Shown here piece by piece: positions 26,719 through 37,019 of a stretch of DNA of 64,000 bases. Position 1 is the stretch's first letter. Every line of letters begins with the position of its first letter. The stretch spans positions 15,380 through 79,379 of the forward strand of contig CAZZFJ010000001.1 of the NCBI GenBank assembly GCA_964653415.1, in the 5' to 3' direction. The notes beneath the pieces are model-generated. The model had not been told where the DNA came from. It saw nothing but the letters and a program-made list of their open reading frames with translations, and made no database searches. Position numbers and translations under genes: made by a program. The stretch comes from an uncultured Erysipelothrix sp. (GTDB lineage Bacteria > Bacillota_I > Bacilli_A > Erysipelotrichales > Erysipelotrichaceae).

Positions 26719-28158
26719 ATGGGAAAATTTAATAATGATGTAAATCTCTTACTTCAACATATTGGTGGTAGAGAAAACATCCAAGCAGTAACACACTGTG
26801 TTACTAGAATGCGCTTTGTGTTAGCTGATGAAACTAAGGCTAACATTAAAGAAATTGAAGCCATTCCAAGTGTTAAGGGAACCTTTACTCAAGCAGGTCA
26901 GTTCCAAGTTATTATTGGAAATGATGTGGACTTATTCTACAACGAGTTTACAGACTTAGCTGGTATTGAAGGCGTTTCTAAAGAAGCTGTTAAAAAACAA
27001 GCACAAGTTCATCAAAAACCCCTACAGCGCATCATGAGTGATATCGCAGAAATTTTCGCCCCAATTATTCCCGCGATTATTGTTGGTGGGATGATTCTTG
27101 GTTTTAGAAATATCCTTGAAGGTGTCAAAATGTTTAATGATGCAGGCGGATTTGATTTAGTCAATGGTACCAAAACTATCACTGATTTATCAGTATTTTG
27201 GAATGGTGTTAATCACTTCCTATGGCTTCCAGCCGAAGCCATCTTCCATATGCTTCCCGTAGGAATTGTATGGTCTGTCACACGTAAAATGGGTGGTACA
27301 CAAATTTTAGGGATTGTTTTAGGAATTACCCTCGTTTCCGGACAATTACTCAATGCCTATGGTGTATCTGGCGCAGAAACCATACCTTTCTGGGATTTTG
27401 GTTACTTTAAGATAAATATGATTGGATATCAGGCTCAGGTTATACCCGCAATGTTAACTGGATTTGCCTTTGTTTATCTTGAAAGATTTTGGAAGAAGAT
27501 TGTTCCAAATGCTATCTCAATGATCTTAGTTCCCCTATTCTCATTGTTACCAGCAATTGTTTTAGCACACGTCGTATTAGGACCTATTGGATGGAAACTG
27601 GGTTCCATGATTTCTTCAGTCATTTACGCCGGATTAACATCCTCAATTCGTGTTGTATTTGCAGGTATATTTGGATTCCTTTATGCACCACTGGTTATTA
27701 CTGGTTTACATCATATGACCAATGCAATTGACTTCCAACTCGCAAACGACTTTGGTGGAACATTATTGTGGCCCATGATTGCCCTAAGTAATATTGCACA
27801 AGGGAGTGCCGTTCTTGGTATTTGGTATCTTCATAGAAAATCCAATCCCGAAGAATCTCAAATATCAATTCCAGCCTTAATTTCATGTTATTTAGGAGTT
27901 ACAGAACCCGCAATGTTTGGGATTAATCTTAAGTATAACTACCCCTTCTTCTCAGCCATGACAGGAAGTGCTTTAGCCGCTATTGTATCCGTTGGCTTTG
28001 GTATGATGGCTAATACTGTTGGTGTGGGTGGTTTACCAGGAATTCTTGCTTTCAACATTAAGTGGTGGCCAATATTTATATTAACCAGTGCCATTGCAAT
28101 TATCGTTCCTTTCACACTCACCGTCATGATTGGTAGAAGAAAAGAAAATGAAGCCTAA
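26719..28158 (+). CDS. treB: PTS trehalose-specific EIIBC component
   Basis: EIIB site HCVTRMRF, PAIIVGGMILGFRN, LVITGLHH, LSNIAQGSAV and GVTEPAMFGINL. Adjacent to a GH13 phosphotrehalase. Confidence 0.88.
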   Translation: MGKFNNDVNLLLQHIGGRENIQAVTHCVTRMRFVLADETKANIKEIEAIPSVKGTFTQAGQFQVIIGNDVDLFYNEFTDLAGIEGVSKEAVKKQAQVHQKPLQRIMSDIAEIFAPIIPAIIVGGMILGFRNILEGVKMFNDAGGFDLVNGTKTITDLSVFWNGVNHFLWLPAEAIFHMLPVGIVWSVTRKMGGTQILGIVLGITLVSGQLLNAYGVSGAETIPFWDFGYFKINMIGYQAQVIPAMLTGFAFVYLERFWKKIVPNAISMILVPLFSLLPAIVLAHVVLGPIGWKLGSMISSVIYAGLTSSIRVVFAGIFGFLYAPLVITGLHHMTNAIDFQLANDFGGTLLWPMIALSNIAQGSAVLGIWYLHRKSNPEESQISIPALISCYLGVTEPAMFGINLKYNYPFFSAMTGSALAAIVSVGFGMMANTVGVGGLPGILAFNIKWWPIFILTSAIAIIVPFTLTVMIGRRKENEA

Positions 28159-29764
28159 GCTTTACGAAACGGTTATTTATCAAATCTATCCCCGTTCTTT
28201 TCAGGATACTAATGGGGATGGCATTGGCGATCTCAATGGAATTAGAAAACGACTCAGTTATCTTGAAAAATTGGGAATCGATATGATTTGGATCACACCA
28301 TTTTATCCCAGTGGAGGCAAGGATAATGGATATGATGTTATTGACTATCGTGCCATTGACCCGCTATTTGGCACTATGGATGACTTCAAAAACTTAGTAA
28401 CAGAAGCTAAAAACCACAATATAAAAATTATGTTGGATATGGTCTTAAATCATACCTCAACCCTACACCCGTGGTTTCAAAAAGCCTTGACTGGCGACAA
28501 AAAATATATGGATTACTACTTCTTCCAGGACACAGCTACCAACTGGGAATCCAAATTTGGAGGTAGTGCTTGGGAGTATGTACCCAGTCTTAATAAATAC
28601 TATCTTCATTTATTTGATGTAATGCAAGCAGATCTAAACTGGGACAACAAAGATGTTCGCGACGAGGCAATCAATATCGTTAAGTTCTGGATGGATTTAG
28701 GCGTTGATGGCTTTCGCTTCGATGTGATTAATCTAATTTCAAAACCAGCAGCGTTTAAAGATAGTATATCAGGAGATGGTCGAGAACTTTATACCGATGG
28801 ACCTAAGGTATTGGAGTACCTTCAAGAATTATCTAACCAATCTTTTGGTAAAAGTGACGCTATCACAGTGGGAGAGCTGTCTTCAACCACTGTAGAAAAT
28901 GCCGCAAAATATGTCACTCCCAAGAATAAAGGACTCAGTACTGCCTTTGGCTTTCATCATTTAAAAATTGATTATAAAGACAATAAAAAATGGCAGCTTC
29001 AAGAACCAAACTTCAAGTCACTCAAAGATATTTTGAGACTATGGCAAGATACCATGGAATCAAACGATGCGGTAATGGCCTTGTTTTGGAATAATCATGA
29101 CCAACCACGAAGTATCTCTAGACTGGGTAATGACACACAATACCCTTATGAAAGTGCCACGATGCTTGCTTCAATGATGCACCTACTCAAAGGGATGCCT
29201 TATATATATCAAGGTGAAGAAATTGGTCTACCCAATGCATACTTTGAGAGCATGGATGATTATCAAGACATCGAGTCACAAAATATGCGAAAAATCTTAA
29301 GTAGATCCCTTTCAAACGATGAGGTCAAAAAAAGACTTGCTGCGCACTCGCGTGATAATGGCAGAACCCCTATCCCCTGGGATTCATCTTCTCATTATGG
29401 ATTCTCCAGTGTCAGTCCGTGGATTAAATTCTCACAACACAAGCACTTAGAAACCGTCGAGTCTACTTTACAAAAGAGCCAATCTATTTTCAGTTGGTAT
29501 CAAAAACTCATTCAATTACGACATAGCAATAAACTAATTTCACAAGGTAAAGTGATATGGTTACCAGATAGTGAGGATGCAAGTTTTCATTTTAAACGCG
29601 TGTTAGAAGATGAAAGCCTCTTAGTCCTTAACAACCTCAGTGATACTTCCATCACATACACACTTGACAAGGAGTATAAGGATATTATTTTATCCAACTA
29701 CCATCGCACAGCTTTTGATCAAATAATAACACTGAATCCCTATGAAACCTTAGTGCTTCAATAA
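28148..29764 (+). CDS. treC: Alpha,alpha-phosphotrehalase (GH13)
   Basis: YQIYPRSFQD, DNGYDV, DMVLNHTS, DGFRFDVINLISK, TVGELSST, NNHDQPR, YQGEEIG and SRDNGRTP. Confidence 0.88.
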   Translation: MKPKLYETVIYQIYPRSFQDTNGDGIGDLNGIRKRLSYLEKLGIDMIWITPFYPSGGKDNGYDVIDYRAIDPLFGTMDDFKNLVTEAKNHNIKIMLDMVLNHTSTLHPWFQKALTGDKKYMDYYFFQDTATNWESKFGGSAWEYVPSLNKYYLHLFDVMQADLNWDNKDVRDEAINIVKFWMDLGVDGFRFDVINLISKPAAFKDSISGDGRELYTDGPKVLEYLQELSNQSFGKSDAITVGELSSTTVENAAKYVTPKNKGLSTAFGFHHLKIDYKDNKKWQLQEPNFKSLKDILRLWQDTMESNDAVMALFWNNHDQPRSISRLGNDTQYPYESATMLASMMHLLKGMPYIYQGEEIGLPNAYFESMDDYQDIESQNMRKILSRSLSNDEVKKRLAAHSRDNGRTPIPWDSSSHYGFSSVSPWIKFSQHKHLETVESTLQKSQSIFSWYQKLIQLRHSNKLISQGKVIWLPDSEDASFHFKRVLEDESLLVLNNLSDTSITYTLDKEYKDIILSNYHRTAFDQIITLNPYETLVLQ

Positions 29765-29767
29765 ATT

Positions 29768-29811
29768 AAAAGAGTTTACAAGATTATTTAAATCTTTGTA
29801 AACTCTTTTTT
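29768..29811. terminator. Bidirectional terminator between treC and the VanZ gene
   Basis: AAAAGAGTTTACAA ... TTGTAAACTCTTTT inverted repeat. Confidence 0.8.
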
Positions 29812-30281
29812 ACGCTTTGATAAAGGATGACTCCCACAAGACCTCCTAGGGTATTAGTGATAAGATCTGTAATATCCGAAGCACGTGTGCCTCCTAGTAA
29901 TGGCTGAACCAATTCGATACTAAGACTTGTAAGAAATACAATGACCACTGCTTTTACCGGTTTAATGTCATACACTAAGGGCAGTAAAAACCCCAAAGGC
30001 ATTAACATTATGATATTTAAAACCACCTCAAGAATAGCCCTTGGGCGCCCTAAAATTAAATCTTCAAATGCAACCATATGCATCGATTGATAACTATTTT
30101 GAAACAAACTAAATAATTGTAATGTAAAGGGCATCAAGGTCACCCATATAATTCCCACGGCATTCAAATAAAAAACTGTTTTTAAAAACAAGCGGTCTTG
30201 TTTTTCCCAACGCGGATAAAAAAACTTGAAATATATTAATGCTAAAAGGAAAAAATCAATGAGACTTTTAAAACTAAACAT
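29784..30281 (-). CDS. VanZ family membrane protein
   Basis: NIIMLMPLGFLLP, SLSIELVQ and RASDITDLITNTLGG. Confidence 0.85.
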   Translation of the reverse strand: MFSFKSLIDFFLLALIYFKFFYPRWEKQDRLFLKTVFYLNAVGIIWVTLMPFTLQLFSLFQNSYQSMHMVAFEDLILGRPRAILEVVLNIIMLMPLGFLLPLVYDIKPVKAVVIVFLTSLSIELVQPLLGGTRASDITDLITNTLGGLVGVILYQSVKKSLQRFK

Positions 30282-30313
30282 AGGCCACTCCTTTTCAACT
30301 TCCTAATTATAAC

Positions 30314-30343
30314 AAAAAGAAGGGGAAAATTCGCCCTTCTTTT
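30314..30343 (-). terminator. Terminator closing the ndh2-dmkB-dmkA unit
   Basis: AGAAGGGCGAATTTTCCCCTTCT followed by a T run on the minus strand. Confidence 0.7.
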
Positions 30344-31241
30344 AAAGAATATTTGCAATAATCATGAAAAGTATCATACTAACACTAATCATAATAAAGT
30401 TTTGAATAACAAAAGGAAAGGATCGCTCTTTGGAAAATTCAATTCCTAAATCTTTTGCATTCTTAATAACTTTTGGACTAATTAGAAGAACCAAAAGCAT
30501 GTAAATCGGATACAGACCGCTGATAACTCCAAGAATTATGCCTACAAATACGAATGCATAAAGTGCAATCAGTAAGATTAAGGCTTTATTTTGTCCAATA
30601 TAATAGGGCAAAGTATAACGATTGACTTGTATATCCTTTTTTAAATCACAAACATTATTACCTAGCATAATTGCAGCTGTGATGAGGGTTGGAATAAGAC
30701 CGAAGATAGTAAATTGAACGAAAAGTTTCGTATTTAATACAATCTGTATACTTGAACCAACTGATACATCAAGGAATTGATCTTGAAGATTTATGTATAC
30801 GATAATAAAAGGGATAACATAGCCATAAAGTACACCTGAGATAATTTCACCATAGGGTTGTCTTGATATCGCAATGGGACCGTAAGTATAAAGAATACCC
30901 ACTGCAAATGAGAACATTCCAAGTAAAAGTACGACCCAATCCGTCAAATATACGAGCCATAAACCAAGAACTATGCTGAGTGCTAACAGTGAAAAGAGCA
31001 TCATCTTGAGTGTTTTTCTTGAAAAACCAAACTCTTCATCGTTTGTTTTTGAATCAATATAGTTATTAATTGCTGTTGTTGTTAAATCAAAGGTAAACAT
31101 CCCCAGAAAAAACACAGCTGTTTCTAATACTTTTATATCAACACCGTGATAATTTAATAATAACATCACCAATGTAAAGGTTAGTAGACTTGTAATTTTA
31201 GTTTGAATTTCAATATAAAGCAAAAAGTTTTTTATTTTCAT
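30342..31241 (-). CDS. dmkA: UbiA-family DHNA prenyltransferase (MenA/DmkA-like)
   Basis: EIQTKITS, FDLTTTAINNYID, YTYGPIAISRQPYGEI and MLGNNVCDLKKDIQVNRYTLP. Multi-TM. Confidence 0.8.
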   Translation of the reverse strand: MKIKNFLLYIEIQTKITSLLTFTLVMLLLNYHGVDIKVLETAVFFLGMFTFDLTTTAINNYIDSKTNDEEFGFSRKTLKMMLFSLLALSIVLGLWLVYLTDWVVLLLGMFSFAVGILYTYGPIAISRQPYGEIISGVLYGYVIPFIIVYINLQDQFLDVSVGSSIQIVLNTKLFVQFTIFGLIPTLITAAIMLGNNVCDLKKDIQVNRYTLPYYIGQNKALILLIALYAFVFVGIILGVISGLYPIYMLLVLLISPKVIKNAKDLGIEFSKERSFPFVIQNFIMISVSMILFMIIANIL

Positions 31242-32170
31242 ATAGTACTATGTGCCTTGTCTAAGAGCCCTTTTAATAAATCATATTTAATTGGATCAAG
31301 CTCAAGTCCATTTAAGATTGCGACTGCTTCGTCGTAATATTCTCGTGTTTTGTTTTTTGAATAGCCAACGCCATCAAATTGTTTTACAATTTTATTAATA
31401 ATTGATCGGTTTAACTTACCTTCTTTTAATGAAGGATCTTGCTCAAAAGCATAAAGTAAAGGCAAGGTCATCACACCTTGTTCATAATCGGATTGTACGG
31501 GCTTTAAAGCCTGGGTTTCATCTTGTAAGAAATCAATCATATCGTCATTGATTTGAAACATCATTCCAATGAGTTCACCTATTTTTTTATAGGCATTGAT
31601 TTCCTCTATATCAGCACTTCGGGTAATGACCCCTGCATAGAAAGAAGCCTCAAATAGTTTGGCAGTTTTCCCATTGATAATTTTTAGGTATTCAGGAATA
31701 CTTAAATTTAGATTACCATTGTTGATGTGTTGCGATAGTTCGCCTAAAGCAATTTCTAACATAATATCTGAGAAATCAAAATTGAGATATTTGTCTTTAT
31801 CCTCAACTTTATTCATCAAGCTCATCGCAAGGGCCATCAAATAGTCCCCTGTAATGACTGCAGTTTTCTTACCATATAGTGTATGGAGTGTTGGAATGCC
31901 CCGTCTTGAGTCGGCTTCATCCATCACATCATCATGTACTAAGGTTGCAAGATGCAAGATTTCAATACCACTTGCAAAAGTGAAGGCATCTTCATGAATG
32001 CTTTGATTCTCATCCATGGCACTGATTAAAACAGATAGGGCTCGAATCCCTTTGCCTTTCGCTTTACTTAAATGCTGAGTGTACTTCCTAACGATTAAAG
32101 GAGAGGTTGACAATAGTCTGTCAACCTCAGCATTTACTTTATCAAGTTGTTTATAAATTTGTTGATTCAA
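31238..32170 (-). CDS. dmkB: Polyprenyl diphosphate synthase (HepT/DmkB-like)
   Basis: GKGIR, HLATLVHDDVMD...RRG, GDYL, GKTAKLF and FQINDDMID (two DDxxD motifs). Confidence 0.85.
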   Translation of the reverse strand: MNQQIYKQLDKVNAEVDRLLSTSPLIVRKYTQHLSKAKGKGIRALSVLISAMDENQSIHEDAFTFASGIEILHLATLVHDDVMDEADSRRGIPTLHTLYGKKTAVITGDYLMALAMSLMNKVEDKDKYLNFDFSDIMLEIALGELSQHINNGNLNLSIPEYLKIINGKTAKLFEASFYAGVITRSADIEEINAYKKIGELIGMMFQINDDMIDFLQDETQALKPVQSDYEQGVMTLPLLYAFEQDPSLKEGKLNRSIINKIVKQFDGVGYSKNKTREYYDEAVAILNGLELDPIKYDLLKGLLDKAHSTI

Positions 32171-32182
32171 AATTCATCACCA

Positions 32183-34138
32183 TTAATCGTGGTATAAATA
32201 CCATTTACTTACAAACGGTATTTTCTTCCACATTTCTTTTAGCCATGGCATGACATAATAATCAAGTGATAATGCTTGTCCACCCACAAAGAGTAATGCA
32301 AAAGCACCAAAGAACATCCAAGCATTCGATAAATACCAACCTGTTGTCGTTAAGAACATTAATTGAAGTACAATTGAGAAACCTGAAGCCAGTGTTGTGA
32401 ATAAACCAGCTAATAGTGCAAGACCAATTAGGATTTCAGCAACTACAATGAATCTTTGCATAAAGAATGCAAGATCTTGGTTAGCAAGCAAGACATTATC
32501 CACAAACCAGTTCATGAGTGGAATATCTATTTTAAATGCGAATTGATCAAGTGTTGCTTCTTTTAAAGGCGCTGTTGAAAGGAAAATTACTTGGAATAAT
32601 TCCCATACTTTCCAGTTCATATAAATTTGAGCTGTACTTTCGGCAGCACCACTTGCAGTTGAAGCTGCATCTGTTGCACCACTTGAAAGACCTGGATTTA
32701 AAATTCCATTATAGAAATTATTAGCACCACTGAAGAATTGATCCAATTGAAAGGTTTCAAACCAACCTTCCCATACTTTGTGAACACCTTCAAACAACCA
32801 AACAAATCCAAGCCATAAACGAATTGGGAAACTTACAAAACTAGGACCTCTATTGGATAGATGACCTCCCACAAATGAACGTCTATTGCGAATGGTGAAA
32901 AACTCATGATGTAGGTAAGTAAAGATACGATTCCAACCTAAGACTTGAACGAAATACACCATATTAATAAAGTGTTTTGCAAACATAGCAAAGAAGGAAG
33001 GAAGGTTAAACATAAAGTTAGGTAAACCTACGCGAGCAGTACCATAACGTCCACCCACACAAACCATAACTCCATGGAAGCTAGGTTTATAAGCTTTGAA
33101 ATCTTCAGTTCCTAAGATCGCTTGTGTAACGTTGTGAGCTGCAGTTCCTGCACTATGCTCAGCGTTTTCAACCATTTGGGGTACTGGTTTATCATGACCC
33201 TCTGGTGTGAAGAACATGTTGTCACCGACAACAAAGACATCTTCAGATCCTTTAGCACGTAAGAATTCATCGGTTTCAATACGTCCACCACGTTGAGCTG
33301 CATCTAATTTTTGACCTGATTCAGTTGCAACTTGGGAACTTTCAATACCTGCTGTCCAAATGACAGTATGGGTTTCTTCACGTAGAATATCATCGCCACG
33401 TTTGTACTCGATGAAATCTTCACCTACTGCACAAACAAAGGAGTTGAATTCTAAACGAACGCCCATCTTATTTAAACGTTTTTCAACTTTAGCAGACAAT
33501 TTTTCAGGAAGAATTGGAACAGCACGACCTAAGCCATCCACATTAACTAAAGTAACTTCTTCTTTGTTAATACCATATTCTTTAGAAATGAATGGAACAT
33601 ACTCTGCTAATTCACCAATCATTTCAACACCTGTAAATCCAGCACCAACAACATGGAATGTTAAAACTTTACGACGAAGAACTTCATCTTGAATCCCTGC
33701 TGCCTTTCTAAAGACATCACGAATTCTATCGCGTAATACAACCGCATCATCATAGGACCATAATGTATAGGAATGCTCTTTAGCACCTTCTACACCAAAG
33801 TATGTTGGTTTAGACCCAGTAGCAAGCACAACAATATCATATTCATATTGGTTTGCTTTTCCAAAAATAACCTTGTTTTCAAAATCGATATTAGAAATTT
33901 CATCGAGTTGGACATCCACTTTACGTCCTTTAAAAATCTTCTTTAAATCCATACGAATACTTGATTCGTCCACTCTAGATGCTGCTACCTCGTGTAACTC
34001 AGTTAGCATCGTGTGGAATGGATTTTTATCGATAATTGTAATACTTACATCGTCGTTTTTCTTAAACTTTTTAGCAAGTTTTTTAGCTGTTAAGATTCCA
34101 GCATAACCGGCTCCAACGACCACAATATTCTTTTTCAA
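32183..34138 (-). CDS. ndh2: Type II NADH dehydrogenase fused to a C-terminal DoxX-like membrane domain (Ndh2 of EET loci)
   Basis: GAGYAG and GAGFTGVEMIGEL Rossmann motifs, IWTAG and VFVVGD, then a TM domain IRLWLGFVWLFEG...AEILIGLALLAGLFT. TTG start after GGAGG. Confidence 0.88.
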   Translation of the reverse strand: MKKNIVVVGAGYAGILTAKKLAKKFKKNDDVSITIIDKNPFHTMLTELHEVAASRVDESSIRMDLKKIFKGRKVDVQLDEISNIDFENKVIFGKANQYEYDIVVLATGSKPTYFGVEGAKEHSYTLWSYDDAVVLRDRIRDVFRKAAGIQDEVLRRKVLTFHVVGAGFTGVEMIGELAEYVPFISKEYGINKEEVTLVNVDGLGRAVPILPEKLSAKVEKRLNKMGVRLEFNSFVCAVGEDFIEYKRGDDILREETHTVIWTAGIESSQVATESGQKLDAAQRGGRIETDEFLRAKGSEDVFVVGDNMFFTPEGHDKPVPQMVENAEHSAGTAAHNVTQAILGTEDFKAYKPSFHGVMVCVGGRYGTARVGLPNFMFNLPSFFAMFAKHFINMVYFVQVLGWNRIFTYLHHEFFTIRNRRSFVGGHLSNRGPSFVSFPIRLWLGFVWLFEGVHKVWEGWFETFQLDQFFSGANNFYNGILNPGLSSGATDAASTASGAAESTAQIYMNWKVWELFQVIFLSTAPLKEATLDQFAFKIDIPLMNWFVDNVLLANQDLAFFMQRFIVVAEILIGLALLAGLFTTLASGFSIVLQLMFLTTTGWYLSNAWMFFGAFALLFVGGQALSLDYYVMPWLKEMWKKIPFVSKWYLYHD

Positions 34139-34177
34139 TATAACTCCTCCTTATAAGTCAGTAACTTATGCTTTACA

Positions 34178-34206
34178 ATTATATGAAAGCTCTAGAGTAC
34201 TTTCAA
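34178..34206 (-). promoter_or_regulatory. ndh2 promoter with an inverted repeat across the -35 and spacer
   Basis: TTGAAA-17-TATAAT; TGAAAG-N10-CTTTCA at 34184-34205. Confidence 0.6.
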
Positions 34207-34267
34207 TTAGTTTACCTCACTATTTTTCCTTATTTTTTTACTTTTAACATTAATTGTTCTTTTGCAC

Positions 34268-34317
34268 AAAAAAAGAAAGACACTTTGTGAAAAGCTGTAC
34301 TAGTCTCACAAAGTGTC
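34268..34317 (-). terminator. Terminator after leuS
   Basis: 12-bp stem GACACTTTGTGA / TCACAAAGTGTC followed by a T run on the minus strand. Confidence 0.75.
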
Positions 34318-34329
34318 ACATAATAATAA

Positions 34330-36723
34330 TTATTTTACGACGATATTCACAATTTTGTTTTTAATGACAATCTCTTTAACAATTGTCTTACCTTCAATAT
34401 TTTTCTGAACATTCTCTTGAGCGTAAACAAGAGCCTTTAAATCGTCCTCACTTAAATTCGATGGTGCATTGAATTTCGCACGCACTTTCCCATTGATTTG
34501 AGCTACAATTTCAATTTCATCTAAGACCAATTTATCAGGATCATAGCTAGGCCAAGCAGTAAATGAGATGCCTGTTTCATCCGTTAGATGTTGATATAAC
34601 TCTTCACCCATATGGGGTGCAAAAATTGCAAACATCTTTACAAATCCCAATGCATATTCATTAAATACCTTGCCTTGTTTATAAGCTTCATTCACAAATA
34701 TCATCATCTGTGATATCGCTGTGTTAAAGCCAAAGTTTTCTAGGTCTCTTGTTATTTTCTCAACAGTTGCATGATAGACATAATCCAAGCTACCATCATT
34801 CTCTAGTGTGATATGACTTTGATCGCTGAAGAATCTCCAAACGCGATCTGTCCAACGTTTTATACCATCAATACCACGAGTACTCCAAGGAATAGCACCA
34901 TCAAAGGGACCCATAAACATCTCGTAAAGTCTTAGCGAATCTGCACCATGACTTTCAACAATTTCATCTGGATTTACCACATTACCACGTGATTTACTCA
35001 TTTTCTCATTGTTGTCACCTAGAATAAATCCTTGGTGATAAAGTTTTGTAAAAGGTTCTTTGGTATCGACAACTCCAATATCATAAAGCACTTTATGCCA
35101 GAATCTTGCATAGAGTAAATGCAACACTGCATGCTCTGCCCCTCCAACATAAAGATCCACTGGAAGCCAATGACTTAATAGTTTAGGATCAGCAATTGCT
35201 GTGTCATTTTTCGGATCTAAAAAGCGCATATAGTACCAGCAACTTCCAGCCCATTGAGGCATCGTATTGGTTTCACGACGTCCCTTTGAGCCATCAGCAA
35301 AGGTCACTTCCAACCAATCTTCAGCGTTTGCTAAGGGTGATTGTCCATCAGGTGCTGGTTTGTAGTTTGCTACTTCTGGAAGTTCTAAAGGTAACTCTTC
35401 AATATCAAGTGTTCGCATTGTTCCATCTTCCATATGTACAACTGGAATAGGTTCACCCCAATATCGCTGACGAGAAAAGAGCCAATCACGTAAACGGTAG
35501 GTCACCTTGGGTTCCCCAACTCCCTTATCCACAAGCCAAGTATTCATCGCCTCAATAGCATCTTCCTTATTTAATCCATCTAAGAAATCGGAATTAATAT
35601 GAAGTCCATCTTCTACCATAGGTAAAACATCACTCTCTGATTTGAGTACTGGGATAATTTCAATTCCATACTTTGTCGCAAATTCAAAGTCACGCTCATC
35701 ATGTGCCGGAACGGCCATAATGGCACCAGTACCATAACTTGCAAGCACATAATCCGCAATATAAATTGGAATTTCTTTTTGGTTGACCGGATTTATCGCA
35801 TAGGCCCCAGTAAATACACCGGTCTTCTCTTTATTTAATTCAGTACGCTCTAAATCACTTTTATGTTGAGTATTCGAAACATATTGATTCACCGCTTCAA
35901 GATTATCTGCAGTGGTAATATCACTCACATAAGGGTGATCAGGAGCTAAGACACAATAGGTTGCCCCAAAGAGTGTATCAGCACGTGTGGTAAAAACAGT
36001 AAATTCTCTGTTGTGATTTTTAATTTTAAAAGTAACATTGCTACCCACTGATTTACCAATCCAGTTGATTTGCATCTCCTTAGTAGAAGCTGGCCAATCC
36101 ACTAACTCTAAATCATCTAATAATCTTTCAGCATAATCGGTAATCTTTAAAACCCACTGACGCATCGGAATACGAATAACATCAAAGCCACCTACTTCAG
36201 ATTTACCATCAATAACCTCTTCATTTGCAAGTACAGTTCCAAGCTCAGGTGAAAAATTGACTGGTTTTTCATCAACATAAGCCAAGCCTTTTTCATAAAG
36301 CTTCGTGAAAATCCACTGAGTCCACTTTACATAGTTAGTATCTGTAGTGGATATTTCTTTGCTCCAATCATAAGACAAGCCCAAAGATTGAATTTGACGT
36401 TTGAAGGTTTCGATATTTTTTTTGGTAAAACCTTCGGGATGATTCCCAGTTTTTAAGGCAAACTGTTCCGCAGGTAAGCCAAAGGCATCCCATCCCATAG
36501 GGTGTAATACATTATATCCTTGCATACGTTTTTGTCTTGCAAGAATATCAGTTGCTGTATATCCACGCGGATGTCCTACATGAAGACCATCACCTGATGG
36601 GTAGGGAAACATGTCCAAAATATAATATTTAGGTTTTGTAAAATCATAGACATCTGTTTTAAATGTCTCATTTTCTTCCCAATATTTTTGCCATTTCTTT
36701 TCAATTTCTAAATGATTATACAT
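34330..36723 (-). CDS. leuS: Leucyl-tRNA synthetase
   Basis: [67 protein letters not shown] and KMSKS. Confidence 0.98.
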   Translation of the reverse strand: MYNHLEIEKKWQKYWEENETFKTDVYDFTKPKYYILDMFPYPSGDGLHVGHPRGYTATDILARQKRMQGYNVLHPMGWDAFGLPAEQFALKTGNHPEGFTKKNIETFKRQIQSLGLSYDWSKEISTTDTNYVKWTQWIFTKLYEKGLAYVDEKPVNFSPELGTVLANEEVIDGKSEVGGFDVIRIPMRQWVLKITDYAERLLDDLELVDWPASTKEMQINWIGKSVGSNVTFKIKNHNREFTVFTTRADTLFGATYCVLAPDHPYVSDITTADNLEAVNQYVSNTQHKSDLERTELNKEKTGVFTGAYAINPVNQKEIPIYIADYVLASYGTGAIMAVPAHDERDFEFATKYGIEIIPVLKSESDVLPMVEDGLHINSDFLDGLNKEDAIEAMNTWLVDKGVGEPKVTYRLRDWLFSRQRYWGEPIPVVHMEDGTMRTLDIEELPLELPEVANYKPAPDGQSPLANAEDWLEVTFADGSKGRRETNTMPQWAGSCWYYMRFLDPKNDTAIADPKLLSHWLPVDLYVGGAEHAVLHLLYARFWHKVLYDIGVVDTKEPFTKLYHQGFILGDNNEKMSKSRGNVVNPDEIVESHGADSLRLYEMFMGPFDGAIPWSTRGIDGIKRWTDRVWRFFSDQSHITLENDGSLDYVYHATVEKITRDLENFGFNTAISQMMIFVNEAYKQGKVFNEYALGFVKMFAIFAPHMGEELYQHLTDETGISFTAWPSYDPDKLVLDEIEIVAQINGKVRAKFNAPSNLSEDDLKALVYAQENVQKNIEGKTIVKEIVIKNKIVNIVVK

Positions 36724-36734
36724 AATCTCCTCCT

Positions 36735-37002
36735 GTACAAATAAAAAAGTGCCACCGCAACAAGGACGATAAAAGTCTACCGCGGTACCACCTATATTCT
36801 CAATATCATTGAGCTCTTAAACTTTTAACGCAAGTAAAACGCTTCTCTCTACCAGTTCAAAAGAAGAGCTCCAAGATGAGTTCAATAGATTCCGCTTGTT
36901 GATTTACACCTAACATCAACTCTCTAGAAAGCTTTGTCTATCTACTAGTTCTTTTCATCGCTTATACTTCTATATATTAATTGTTTATTGAAGTCTTGTC
37001 AA
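36735..37002 (-). promoter_or_regulatory. Promoter and T-box riboswitch (Leu) upstream of leuS
   Basis: TTGACA-17-TAATAT, AGTA, stem I GAGAGTTGATGTTAGGTGTAAATCAAC, a Leu codon (CTT or TTG) in GAACTCATCTTGGAG, T-box AATATAGGTGGTACCGCG and a downstream hairpin with T run. Confidence 0.88.
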
Positions 37003-37019
37003 ACATTAAACAGAGAGTT

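Noticed and set aside
34279-34317. TTGTGA...TCACAA upstream of ndh2 as a Rex operator
   Set aside because: The half-sites are separated by far more than the 18-bp Rex box allows. They form the stem of the leuS terminator.
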